From positions 8,166-72,165 of the IMG/VR virus record IMGVR_UViG_3300032242_001192: a stretch of 64,000 bases of DNA. One strand, given 5' to 3'. The notes under the pieces are model-generated. The model did no database searches and had not been told where the DNA came from. It saw only the letters and a list, made by a program, of their open reading frames with translations. Below are positions 29,456 to 39,139 of the stretch, in pieces. The stretch is from a virus. Both the position numbers and the translations under genes were made by a program. Position 1 is the first letter of the stretch. The number at the start of each line of letters is the position of its first letter.

Positions 29456-30349
29456 ATGGATAAAAAGAAATTAAACAAAGTTACGCCAATGGCGCTACCA
29501 AAAGTACCGTCATTGCCAAAGGCGGGACAACCTCAAGCACCTACACAAAATGATGGTAAGCTTGAAGTAAAATTAGAAGATCTTCGCAAAGAAAGAATCT
29601 TTATCGCAACACCTTGTTATGGTGGACAACTAACAGAAGCATACTTCCGTTCAACAATTAGATTGTTAACATTCTGTAATCAACATCAAATCCCAGTTGC
29701 ATTTGGTACTATTGCAAATGAGTCATTAGTTACTCGTGCTCGCAATGTGCTTGTTGCATATTTCCTACAAAGCGATTTTACTCGTTTAATGTTTATTGAT
29801 GCGGACATTGAATTCCAAGTAGAAGACGTAATTAAATTAATTGCGCATAATAAAGATGTAGCAGTAGGTGCCTATCCTAAGAAGGGTGTTAATTGGCAAC
29901 GCATTCGCGAATCTGTTAAGGCAACAAATGAGCCATATACAGATCAACAGATTGCATCTTTCGGTAGTGACTATGCTATTAACTTCAAGTTCGTTAATCG
30001 CGAGGCAAAGCAAATCGCTATTGAGAATGGTCTAATTCGTTTGCACGATGGAGCAACAGGATTCATGATGATTAAGCGTGAAGTTATTGATAAGATGATT
30101 AAGCAATATCCTGAGCTTAAGTATAACAACGATTTGAACACACCTCCAGAATTGAATCCTCATTTCTATGCGTTCTTTGATACTATGATTGATCCTAAAG
30201 ATAAGCGTTACTTATCTGAGGATTATACCTTCTCACGCAGATGGCAAGACATGGGCGGTGAGATTTGGCTTGATCCTTCAATCTCATTGAACCACTATGG
30301 TTCATTCAACTTCCAAGGCAATCCTCAGCAAATTATCCAAATCGGTTAA
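29456..30349 (+). CDS. GT-A fold glycosyltransferase-like protein
   Basis: IATPCYGG, ESLVTRARN, FIDAD (DxD), GAYPKK, YLSEDYTFSRRW. Confidence 0.8.
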   Translation: MDKKKLNKVTPMALPKVPSLPKAGQPQAPTQNDGKLEVKLEDLRKERIFIATPCYGGQLTEAYFRSTIRLLTFCNQHQIPVAFGTIANESLVTRARNVLVAYFLQSDFTRLMFIDADIEFQVEDVIKLIAHNKDVAVGAYPKKGVNWQRIRESVKATNEPYTDQQIASFGSDYAINFKFVNREAKQIAIENGLIRLHDGATGFMMIKREVIDKMIKQYPELKYNNDLNTPPELNPHFYAFFDTMIDPKDKRYLSEDYTFSRRWQDMGGEIWLDPSISLNHYGSFNFQGNPQQIIQIG

Positions 30350-30364
30350 TCCCGATTCTATATT

Positions 30365-30805
30365 ATGAAATTGACAGAGCTCCAAGATGAGTGGGCGAAG
30401 GATTGTAAAATCAATGAATTGAATCTAGGGCAGGAGTCTATAAAAACTCCTAACCTACATTCAAAGTATTTGAACTTTCTTTCATCTACTAGATTAAATC
30501 TTCGTAAAGCAGAATCTGATTATTTAAATTGCCGACGTAAAAAGTATCGCTATTACAGAGGTGAAATGACACAAGAAGAGCTTGACGAAGAAGGTTGGGA
30601 TCAATGGTTAGGAAATAAACCGTTAAAGAATGAAATGGATGAGTTCTTAACTGTAGATACACATCTTGTTCAATATCAAGATAAAGTTGAATACTTTAAA
30701 ACAGTATTATATCAGTTGGAACAAATTGTTCGCTCTATTAACAGTAGAGGTTGGGATATTAAAAATGCTATTGAATGGCAAAAATTTACTAACGGTATGA
30801 TGTGA
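30365..30805 (+). CDS. uvsY: Recombination mediator UvsY
   Basis: PNLHSKYL, YYRG, RGWDIKNAIEWQKF; upstream of uvsW. Confidence 0.92.
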   Translation: MKLTELQDEWAKDCKINELNLGQESIKTPNLHSKYLNFLSSTRLNLRKAESDYLNCRRKKYRYYRGEMTQEELDEEGWDQWLGNKPLKNEMDEFLTVDTHLVQYQDKVEYFKTVLYQLEQIVRSINSRGWDIKNAIEWQKFTNGMM

Positions 30806-32289
30806 TGGCAGATATCTTTTTATCCAAAAAGGATGAGGTGCATCTCAAGGTTAAATGTGAACCTTCAATTGGACAAGAATTGAACGATCATTTTGCCTTT
30901 GATGTACCGGGTGCTAAGTTTCATCCTTTATATAAAGCAAGAATGTGGGACGGCAAAGTTCGTCTCTATTCTATGTTTACGCAAGAACTTTATGTTGGAT
31001 TAAAAGAATATCTGGAGCGTTTCTGTGAAGAGCGAGATTATACTATAGATTATGAAAACTATATTCACACTGCAGATTCAGCAACGTATGATATAGTTAG
31101 AAAATTTTGTGAGGATTTAAATCTCGGATCAAAGGGCAAGCCTTTAGAAATACGAGATTATCAAATTGATGCTGTTTATAAAGCAATTGAAAATGGAAGA
31201 CAATTATTACTATCCCCTACAGGATCGGGTAAATCTTTAATCATATATTGCTTACTCCGCTGGAATGAACGATTCAATAGAAGACAATTAATACTTGTTC
31301 CAACAACCTCCCTTGTAGAACAAATGTACTCAGACTTTCAAGACTATTCTTGTCTTAATGGTTGGAAAACATCTGAGCATTGCCATCGCATTTATGGTGG
31401 TCATGAAAAATCAAATGAATATGATGTTGTCATTAGTACATGGCAATCATTATATAAATTACCAAAACCTTTCTTTAAAGACTTTAAAGTAATTTATGGC
31501 GACGAAGCCCATAATTTTAAAGCAAAATCCTTAACAAGCATACTATCCAAATGTACAACTACTCCTTACAGAGTAGGTACAACGGGAACACTTGACGGAA
31601 CTAAAACTCATAAACTAGTATTAGAAGGATTGTTTGGTCCTGTATATAAAGTAACAACAACTAAGAAACTAATTTCGGATAAGACATTAGCTGATCTTGA
31701 AATCTTTAATATAGTTTTAGAATATACTGATGAAATTCGCAAGGCATCTAAATCGTTATCTTATCAAGATGAAATGGATTTTATAGTTCAATATGAACCT
31801 AGAAATAAATTTATTAGAAATCTTGCTCTAAAACAAGAAGGCAACACTTTAGTGTTGTTTCAGTATGTTGAAAAACACGGTAAACCTTTATCTGAAATGA
31901 TTAAGGAAAAAGCAGGAAACAGAAAAGTGTTTTTTGTTTACGGCGGGACAGATACAGAACAACGAGAGAATATACGAAAGATAACAGAATTGGAAAATGA
32001 TGCTATTATCGTAGCAAGCTATGGAACATTCTCTACGGGAATAAATATTAAAAACCTACATAATATCATTTTTGCTTCTCCTTCGAAATCTCGTATTAGA
32101 AATTTACAATCTATTGGACGAGGACTTAGAACAAGTGAAAGTAAAACATCATGTAAATTATATGATATTGCTGATGATTTGAGTTGGAAGAATAAAAAGA
32201 ACTATACATTATTGCATATGATTGAAAGAATTAAAATTTATAATGATGAGCATTTCAACTATAAATTAGTAAAGGTACCGTTACAATGA
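30805..32289 (+). CDS. uvsW: DNA helicase UvsW
   Basis: WDGKVRL, SPTGSGKS, DEAH, QSIGRGLR. Confidence 0.97.
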   Translation: MADIFLSKKDEVHLKVKCEPSIGQELNDHFAFDVPGAKFHPLYKARMWDGKVRLYSMFTQELYVGLKEYLERFCEERDYTIDYENYIHTADSATYDIVRKFCEDLNLGSKGKPLEIRDYQIDAVYKAIENGRQLLLSPTGSGKSLIIYCLLRWNERFNRRQLILVPTTSLVEQMYSDFQDYSCLNGWKTSEHCHRIYGGHEKSNEYDVVISTWQSLYKLPKPFFKDFKVIYGDEAHNFKAKSLTSILSKCTTTPYRVGTTGTLDGTKTHKLVLEGLFGPVYKVTTTKKLISDKTLADLEIFNIVLEYTDEIRKASKSLSYQDEMDFIVQYEPRNKFIRNLALKQEGNTLVLFQYVEKHGKPLSEMIKEKAGNRKVFFVYGGTDTEQRENIRKITELENDAIIVASYGTFSTGINIKNLHNIIFASPSKSRIRNLQSIGRGLRTSESKTSCKLYDIADDLSWKNKKNYTLLHMIERIKIYNDEHFNYKLVKVPLQ

Positions 32290-32774
32290 CAGATACTACA
32301 TACTACAAATATTTAAAATTAACTAACGGTGACAATATAATTTGCAAGACGACTAAAGAATATAAATCTTTAACTCGTAGTAAATCTATTACAGTAAAGC
32401 AGCCTGTAGTTCTAAGTCAAATTAGAATGCCAAGAAATAATGTTCTTGTAGAATCGTATATAATGTATCCCCTATTTAGTTTTGCCGTGGATGATACATA
32501 TGAAATACCAGTAAGTCAAATTGTAGTTGCTACAAATATTAAAGAATCTCTAAAAGAAAATTATGAGGAATATTTGTCACAACGAGAAGAATCAGATAAA
32601 GACATGACTGAGGAATTTACTACGGACATAAATGAATTAGAAGCATCTGAAGAAGATGAAGATTTAGATATTGATGAATTAGAAGATGAATTAATTACCA
32701 GAATACTTGAAGGAGATAATGATGAAAACACAGATACCAAAATCGGTAGATCAAATCGAAGAACAATCCATTGA
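32286..32774 (+). CDS. Conserved hypothetical protein with acidic tail (between uvsW and gp55)
   Basis: KLTNGDNIIC N-terminus; position typical of T4-like phages. Confidence 0.65.
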   Translation: MTDTTYYKYLKLTNGDNIICKTTKEYKSLTRSKSITVKQPVVLSQIRMPRNNVLVESYIMYPLFSFAVDDTYEIPVSQIVVATNIKESLKENYEEYLSQREESDKDMTEEFTTDINELEASEEDEDLDIDELEDELITRILEGDNDENTDTKIGRSNRRTIH

Positions 32775-33378
32775 TGATGATTTGATAACTGAGCCTGCTC
32801 TTACTGCAGTAAAAGCGCCAGCGCACTATGTTGATAATAAGAAATTTTTAGCAGCATTAATTGATTATAAAAATAGTATAGATGCCGCAAAGGCAAATGG
32901 TGAGGAACAGCCTAGGGTACCTCATTATATAGGTGAATGCTTTATTAAAATTGCGACGCATTTATCTTATAAATCTAATTTTATTAATTATACTTTTAGA
33001 GATGATATGGTTTCAGATGGTATTGAAAACTGTCTTACAGCAGCTGCAAAATTTGATCCTACAAAATCATCTAATCCGTTTGCATACTATACGCAGATTA
33101 TTTACTTTGCCTTTATCCGCAGGATTCAAAAAGAAAAGAAACAACAGGCGACTAAATATAAATTGATTGAGAATATGGATTTGGATTCTATTCTCATGAA
33201 CTCAGAAGATACAGAATCTGGAAGACAAATCATTGATTATTTGAAGAAGCAACTAGACACGATCGATCCCGAAAGACGGGAAACCCCAGCACAAACCAAA
33301 GCTCGCAAGAAGAAAAAAGCTGCGGATGATTTGGCAGAAAAAGATCAAGAATTTGTTGACTTTCCAGATGAAGAATAA
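32719..33378 (+). CDS. gp55: Late sigma factor gp55
   Basis: HYVDNKKF, YIGECFIKIA, NPFAYYTQIIYFAFIRRIQKEKKQ; AAGGAG SD at 32710. Confidence 0.96.
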   Translation: MMKTQIPKSVDQIEEQSIDDDLITEPALTAVKAPAHYVDNKKFLAALIDYKNSIDAAKANGEEQPRVPHYIGECFIKIATHLSYKSNFINYTFRDDMVSDGIENCLTAAAKFDPTKSSNPFAYYTQIIYFAFIRRIQKEKKQQATKYKLIENMDLDSILMNSEDTESGRQIIDYLKKQLDTIDPERRETPAQTKARKKKKAADDLAEKDQEFVDFPDEE

Positions 33379-33384
33379 TATAAT
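33356..33384 (+). promoter_or_regulatory. sigma70-type promoter upstream of queE
   Basis: TTGACT-17 nt-TATAAT. Confidence 0.8.
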
Positions 33385-33415
33385 TAAGCATTAATGAAAC
33401 TGATGAAATTCATAT

Positions 33416-34255
33416 ATGAGCAAACTAAAAATATCTGAACTATTTTATAGTATACAGGGTGAGGGTCGTTATATGGGCGTACCCTCTGTCTTTCTAAGAA
33501 CCTTTGGATGTAACTTCACATGCGGAGGTTTTGGTATGCCTAAAGGGGAATTAAGCAATGAACGCTTTAAGGTCGATGGGGAGAGTTATAGTAAATATAC
33601 TGACTTACCGCTGGTCCATACTGGATGCGATAGCTATGCTTCTTGGGATCCTAGGTTTAAGCATCTTAGTCCCGTTCTTGATAGTAATGATATTGCCGAG
33701 GCAATTATTGAAATGCTTCCTCACAAGGAATGGAAAGACGAACATCTCGTAATTACTGGGGGCGAACCTTTATTGGGATGGCAAAGGGCATATCCTGACC
33801 TTTTAGACAATCCTAAGATGTTTAAACTAAAAGAATTAACATTTGAAACAAATGGCACTCAACCTATAAGTGAGGAATTTGCCATATACTTAACAGAATG
33901 GGGCCGTTGGCATAATAGAGAAATTACATTTAGTGTAAGTGCAAAGTTGCCATGCTCAGGCGAGTTATGGGAAAATGCTATTATTCCAGAAGCAGTTATA
34001 CAATATCAATCTCTTGGCACGACATATTTAAAATTTGTCATTGCTACAGAAGAGGATTATAAAGATGCAGAATGTGCAATTGGTGCGTATCGTAAAGCGG
34101 GTTTTAAAGGTCATGTTTATCTTATGCCTGTCGGTGGTACTGAGCAGTTGTACAGTCTTAATAATAGGTCCGTGGCTGAAATCGCAATGCGAAACGGATA
34201 TAGATACTCGGACCGATTACAAATACCTCTGTTCAAAAATGCATGGGGAACTTAA
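33416..34255 (+). CDS. queE: 7-carboxy-7-deazaguanine synthase QueE (radical SAM)
   Basis: ELFYSIQGEG, FLRTFGCNFTC...CDS (insertion in the Cys motif), ITGGEP, ETNGT. Confidence 0.92.
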   Translation: MSKLKISELFYSIQGEGRYMGVPSVFLRTFGCNFTCGGFGMPKGELSNERFKVDGESYSKYTDLPLVHTGCDSYASWDPRFKHLSPVLDSNDIAEAIIEMLPHKEWKDEHLVITGGEPLLGWQRAYPDLLDNPKMFKLKELTFETNGTQPISEEFAIYLTEWGRWHNREITFSVSAKLPCSGELWENAIIPEAVIQYQSLGTTYLKFVIATEEDYKDAECAIGAYRKAGFKGHVYLMPVGGTEQLYSLNNRSVAEIAMRNGYRYSDRLQIPLFKNAWGT

Positions 34256-34272
34256 CAATAAAGGAAATTAAA

Positions 34273-34467
34273 ATGAGCGCACACGAAGATATTAAAAAAC
34301 ATTTCGACGAATACTTAATGGAAAACGAAAAATTTGCAAAAGGTAATAATGCTGCAGGAACACGTGCTCGTAAAGCACTAGCAGAAATGTCAAAATCGGT
34401 TAAAGCCCGTAGAAATGAGATTACCGAAGAGAAGAATGCTCGCGCTGAGGCTAAAGCAAAGGCATAA
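34273..34467 (+). CDS. Histone H1-like Hc1-family small basic protein
   Basis: EKFAKGNNAAGTRARKAL; AAGGA SD before ATG 34273. Confidence 0.75.
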   Translation: MSAHEDIKKHFDEYLMENEKFAKGNNAAGTRARKALAEMSKSVKARRNEITEEKNARAEAKAKA

Positions 34468-34531
34468 ATATTAATGTTACGCAAAGGTAACAAAATTCAA
34501 TTATCATATCCGCGTAAGGAAGGATTCAAAA

Positions 34532-35212
34532 ATGTCATACAACAAAACAAAAACCGACCCTGAGTTAGGTCAAAAGGTACATGAACACCTAGTTAAAATG
34601 GGTGTAGAAACTCCAACAACTCCTAACAGTTTTGACCGCAAGGAAAAAATTGAAGCAATCGAAGGATATTTTCATCAAATTATGAAAACACTTGGATTGG
34701 ACCTGTCTGACGATAGTCTAATTGAAACACCTAAGCGTGTTGCCAAGATGTATGTTAATGAAATTTTCTGGGGACTAGATTATGATGCATTTCCAAAGTG
34801 TACGACTGTTGATAACAAGATGCATTACAATGAAATGGTCGTTGAACGCAACGTCAATGTCCAAAGTAACTGTGAACATCACTTTGTTGTTATTGATGGT
34901 TTGGCTACCGTTGCTTATGTTCCTAAACAGAAAGTCCTCGGACTATCTAAAATTAACCGCATTGTTGAGTATTTCAGTAAGCGCCCTCAGATCCAAGAAC
35001 GACTCACTGAACAGATCTTCCATACTCTCCAATTTATATTGGCGACTGAAGATGTTGCGGTAATGATTGATGCACAACACTATTGTGTTAAATCTAGAGG
35101 AGTCGAAGATACAGGTAGTAGTACGGTTACTTGTCGTTTAGGTGGCGGATTTAAAACTGATCCTGCCGCAAGAACAGAGTTTCTAAATATTGCAAACAAG
35201 GGTTGTAAATGA
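34532..35212 (+). CDS. folE: GTP cyclohydrolase I FolE
   Basis: ETPKRVAKMY, CEHHF, GLSKINR, RPQIQERLT, HYCVKSRG. Confidence 0.97.
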   Translation: MSYNKTKTDPELGQKVHEHLVKMGVETPTTPNSFDRKEKIEAIEGYFHQIMKTLGLDLSDDSLIETPKRVAKMYVNEIFWGLDYDAFPKCTTVDNKMHYNEMVVERNVNVQSNCEHHFVVIDGLATVAYVPKQKVLGLSKINRIVEYFSKRPQIQERLTEQIFHTLQFILATEDVAVMIDAQHYCVKSRGVEDTGSSTVTCRLGGGFKTDPAARTEFLNIANKGCK

Positions 35213-35331
35213 TGGTATTGGAAATATTTGTTGCTGGAATGATTACCGCCTTCGGGTGGTGGACTTCTACACATTATATTATCGAACCATATTTCCCTCC
35301 GCCTATTGAAAAGAAAATAGATGAAAAATGA
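35209..35331 (+). CDS. Small membrane protein (40 aa), missing from ORF track
   Basis: MMVLEIFVAGMITAFGWWTSTHYIIEPYFPPPIEKKIDEK; ATGA overlaps with both neighbours. Confidence 0.65.
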   Translation: MMVLEIFVAGMITAFGWWTSTHYIIEPYFPPPIEKKIDEK

Positions 35332-35969
35332 AACCGACTATTGCTTTATTCATAGCAGATCCTAAATGTTCTGTACAAAGCAGTAACGGCATTATCAAAG
35401 CCTTAGGCAACAAGTATACATTTAAAATATTTAGCAGAAACGAATTAGAAGAAAACTTTTTCGATGATGTTGAATTGATAATTGTTCCTGGAGGCTTTGG
35501 TGATTCTAGTTCATATAAAAATATTTTTAGACATAATGCTAAACGAGTTAGAAAATTTGTTAAGCAAGGTGGAAAATATTTAGGCATCTGTATGGGTGGC
35601 TATTGGGCAGGAAAGCATTATCTAAATATACTAGATAATATAGATACAGTACAATATATAAGAAGACCAAATACTGATACGAGGAGACCCCATGCGAAAA
35701 ACCTTAAAATTAACTGGGATGGTTATGATACAACGATGTTTTTTTACGATGGTTGTGCTGTGGTTGGCGATGGAGATTATGAAACAATCGCTACGTATGC
35801 AAATGGTGACCCTATGGCAATCATACAAAAGAACATCGGAATAATAGGATGCCATCCTGAGAGCGAAGCATTTTGGTATGATAGTTACAGTTGGCTAAAG
35901 GGCAAGTATCACAACGGCGAACATAGAAAATTGTTATTGGAATTTACGAATAGATTAATGGAAAAATAA
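35328..35969 (+). CDS. Class I glutamine amidotransferase-like (BPL_N-type) protein
   Basis: IVPGG, nucleophile elbow YLGICMG, GCHPE (Cys-His-Glu triad). Confidence 0.8.
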   Translation: MKPTIALFIADPKCSVQSSNGIIKALGNKYTFKIFSRNELEENFFDDVELIIVPGGFGDSSSYKNIFRHNAKRVRKFVKQGGKYLGICMGGYWAGKHYLNILDNIDTVQYIRRPNTDTRRPHAKNLKINWDGYDTTMFFYDGCAVVGDGDYETIATYANGDPMAIIQKNIGIIGCHPESEAFWYDSYSWLKGKYHNGEHRKLLLEFTNRLMEK

Positions 35970-35970
35970 T

Positions 35971-36480
35971 ATGGCAGTTAATGTTATGGTTGACTTGGAA
36001 ACAATGTCAACAAGATCGCATGCAGCAATTTGTTCTATTGGTGCAGTGAAGTTTGAGGGTAAAGAAATTCTTGATACTTTTTACTGTACAATTGATTTAA
36101 AGACCTGCAAAGAAGCAGGTATGCATATATCTAAAGACACAATCAAATGGTGGTCTGAGCAAAACAAAGACGCTCTGCGAGAACTTACTCGTAATAACAT
36201 ACCACTGAAACAAGCATTAGATGATTTCGAAGAATGGTTCGGTCCTAAGAGTCTAGCTGTCTGGGGCAATGGTGCAGTGTTTGATAACACTATATTAGCA
36301 AATGCTTATTTCAATACTAACAGAGAACCACCTTGGAAATGCTGGGATGATCGTTGCTATCGTACAGTAAAGGCTTTGTTCCATTGGGTCCCTGCAGATG
36401 CAAGAGAAGGAACATATCATAATGCTCTAGATGATGCTATGCATCAAACTAAACACTTGATTAAAATACTAGGTGAATAA
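35971..36480 (+). CDS. DEDDh 3'-5' exonuclease (DexA/Rv2179c-like)
   Basis: MVDLET, WGNGAVFD, HNALDDA. Confidence 0.85.
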   Translation: MAVNVMVDLETMSTRSHAAICSIGAVKFEGKEILDTFYCTIDLKTCKEAGMHISKDTIKWWSEQNKDALRELTRNNIPLKQALDDFEEWFGPKSLAVWGNGAVFDNTILANAYFNTNREPPWKCWDDRCYRTVKALFHWVPADAREGTYHNALDDAMHQTKHLIKILGE

Positions 36481-37853
36481 TGAATACATATAAGAAGCGT
36501 ATTGCTTTTTGTTTAAGTGATCAACATACTATTCCTCACGGAGGATTAGGTCAATTTGCTAAAAGTTTTATTGAGACTTTTACGCCTCTAGGTTATAAGA
36601 TAGATATCATCACTGATAAGCCTACTTCTAATTTAGCATTTAAAGATTATCTAGAATCAGTAGGAGCCAATTTTATATGGTCTCCTGCACCAAGATCCTA
36701 TAGTGCACATACTAAAACATTCATGTTTGAGGACTCTTATAACTTTGAAAAGATGTCTTCATTTAGAGATGCTATGATGTATGCACTGAATAAGAATCTC
36801 TATGATATTATTATTTGTAATACTTTAGAATCATTCCCTGGCATTTACGCCTTGAATCTACATAAGACTGTACAGGTAATCTATTATACTCATAATGAGA
36901 GTATGGTCTTTCTAGATGACAGATCATGGAAAAACGAATTTACAGAATCATTCAATGAGGTATTTAATGCGTTGATGCGAGTTAAAGGCATTACTATTGG
37001 CACACAAACTTTACGTAATCGTAATGAACTGCTTGCTCAAAAATTGTTTAATTCGTATGAGCTTCGAATCCCAATGACAGAAAAATCATTATTAGAACCA
37101 CACGACAATCCAAATCGAGAAGGCGTTCTTTGGATTGGTCGCTGGGAGCCTAGAAAGAATCCTGAGGAATTTATTCGTGTTATTAAGGAAACAGGGTTAC
37201 CTGCGAAAGTTATTACTAACACTAACGGAGCTAAAAAATTTGAAGAAGCTCTAAAAGCAATAGGCGCTAAATATGAAATAAAGATAGGCGTCTATGGTCA
37301 AGAAAAAGTTGACTTTATTACTTCTGCTAGAGTTGCTTATAATCCCGCAATTAGAGAAAGCTTTGGTTTAGCGTTTTATGAATGTATGGGACAGTTGCCA
37401 ACAGTTGCTATAAAGGGTATGTCCTGGTTAGATAACTTTAGCAATCAATGGTATTGGTGTGAAGAAAAGAAAAACATTTCTAAATTAATTTTAAAACTCT
37501 ATGAAGACTTTGGTCCTGATTCTAGAGTTTGGTATAGTAAATCCCCTTTAAACAGTATAAAGAACGAACATGCAGCAGGAATACAAGCTTGGATAGATGT
37601 ATTTGAATCATTCAAACCTGCAGAATCAAATTCGGATAGAGCAACAATCAATGATTATGACAATATTAATTATTCAGATTTTATAATTAAATTAAATAGG
37701 AAAGATTTATCTGTGGATGATGTCCGTTCTGTATTGACAAACAAGACAAAATTTAATATAATTTATACAGATGAGAACACCTATCTATCTAAGGATCCAA
37801 ACTTTGTTCCAAAAGAAGATAAGGCACACACTTTAGAAAGTTTATTTTCATGA
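36480..37853 (+). CDS. GT-B (GT4-like) glycosyltransferase
   Basis: HGGLGQF, WIGRWEPRKNP, RESFGLAFYE (Ex7E). Confidence 0.8.
   Translation: MNTYKKRIAFCLSDQHTIPHGGLGQFAKSFIETFTPLGYKIDIITDKPTSNLAFKDYLESVGANFIWSPAPRSYSAHTKTFMFEDSYNFEKMSSFRDAMMYALNKNLYDIIICNTLESFPGIYALNLHKTVQVIYYTHNESMVFLDDRSWKNEFTESFNEVFNALMRVKGITIGTQTLRNRNELLAQKLFNSYELRIPMTEKSLLEPHDNPNREGVLWIGRWEPRKNPEEFIRVIKETGLPAKVITNTNGAKKFEEALKAIGAKYEIKIGVYGQEKVDFITSARVAYNPAIRESFGLAFYECMGQLPTVAIKGMSWLDNFSNQWYWCEEKKNISKLILKLYEDFGPDSRVWYSKSPLNSIKNEHAAGIQAWIDVFESFKPAESNSDRATINDYDNINYSDFIIKLNRKDLSVDDVRSVLTNKTKFNIIYTDENTYLSKDPNFVPKEDKAHTLESLFS
37734..37762 (+). promoter_or_regulatory. Internal consensus sigma70 promoter upstream of dpdA
   Basis: TTGACA-17 nt-TATAAT, perfect consensus. 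Confidence 0.8.
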
Positions 37854-39139
37854 GCAGACAATTAGAATACGTTATATCAGGTCCCGCATATCTTAGACTA
37901 GGATCTGAGCAGTGTGAAGATCCTGACACTTTAAAAATGATTACTGATATGATGTTGAAGACTGTTCATAATAAGAACAATCATCAGTTTTCATTATTGT
38001 ATAATGGATTTACAGAAAAGAACTTTGGTAAGAAATTACAAAAGTACAGACCTGCTATTAAAAACATTCATGCTGACTCTGGAGGCTTGCAGATTATTAC
38101 TAGAGGTTTACCTAATACTCCAGAAACACGTAATAAGGTTTATGAGAATCAAGGAGCATGGGCAGATATTGGAATGGCGTTTGATGAGATTCCTGTAAAG
38201 TCTACATCTGCAGATGGCACTTCGGCAAAGATTGATACCAAGCGTCGCTATGTAGATATGGAAAATTTTGAGACATACGCAAGACAAACAGGCAAGAACG
38301 TCAAAGATCAAATTTTAAAATTCGATTCATTGAATAGCAAATGTAGACCATTTATTATTCTTCAAGGTTCAGGTGCAGATACCTATAAGCAATGGGGCGA
38401 ATTTTTATTGGATGAGGTTCCAAAAGAACTACATCATCGTATTGGTGGTGTTGCCATGGGATCAGCTGCACTAGGTATGGGACCACTTGAAGATGTTAAA
38501 AGAGCATTCTATGTTAACTCGGTTCCATTAGCTAGACCATTTCATTTACACGTATTAGGTGTTGGTGCACTTAAACGTATTTTACCATATCTATTGTTTA
38601 GTCAAACTGGTCTATATGAAGGCATTGATATTTCATATGACTCAACTACACATTCTATGTCATTGGATAATGGATTGTTTTATTTCTCACACAGCAAGAA
38701 AAAGAATCCAGGTGACTATGGTGGTTCTTCAGTAAAAATGGGAAGAGAATATTCTAACATTTACAGAACAGTTGTTAACGAGATTAACTCAGTATGTGAT
38801 ACAGACTATACACCTGAAGAATATCATAAGTTAATGAACATTTCTGTTGGCCTATATTTAGAACAGGGTGGAAAATTTATAGATGTTATGCGAGCAAGAT
38901 TAGCATTTATCTTAACTAACGTGCATAATTTTACTTTGGATGTTTCTAATCTAATGAACAGCAAAGAAGAATTTTTGAGATTCTGCAGAGATAAAGGTTG
39001 TGAGAACGAGTATGCAACTTTATTTGATGTAAGGACAAATGATGATTTTATTCATTGGGAAAAGAATGTTGGTAGATTCATGGATTCGGAACCTGTCAAC
39101 GCAGTAGCACCATCTTCACTTGAGGACTTATTCGCATGA
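37850..39139 (+). CDS. dpdA: TGT-like deazapurine DNA transglycosylase (DpdA family)
   Basis: TGT motifs HADSGGLQ, AFDEIP, IILQG, HLHVLGVG, SYDS; clustered with folE/queD/queE. Confidence 0.8.
   Translation: MSRQLEYVISGPAYLRLGSEQCEDPDTLKMITDMMLKTVHNKNNHQFSLLYNGFTEKNFGKKLQKYRPAIKNIHADSGGLQIITRGLPNTPETRNKVYENQGAWADIGMAFDEIPVKSTSADGTSAKIDTKRRYVDMENFETYARQTGKNVKDQILKFDSLNSKCRPFIILQGSGADTYKQWGEFLLDEVPKELHHRIGGVAMGSAALGMGPLEDVKRAFYVNSVPLARPFHLHVLGVGALKRILPYLLFSQTGLYEGIDISYDSTTHSMSLDNGLFYFSHSKKKNPGDYGGSSVKMGREYSNIYRTVVNEINSVCDTDYTPEEYHKLMNISVGLYLEQGGKFIDVMRARLAFILTNVHNFTLDVSNLMNSKEEFLRFCRDKGCENEYATLFDVRTNDDFIHWEKNVGRFMDSEPVNAVAPSSLEDLFA

Noticed and set aside
17381-32289. Introns or inteins in terminase, portal, capsid or uvsW
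   Set aside because: ORFs are continuous and of normal length, with no intein or homing-endonuclease motifs seen
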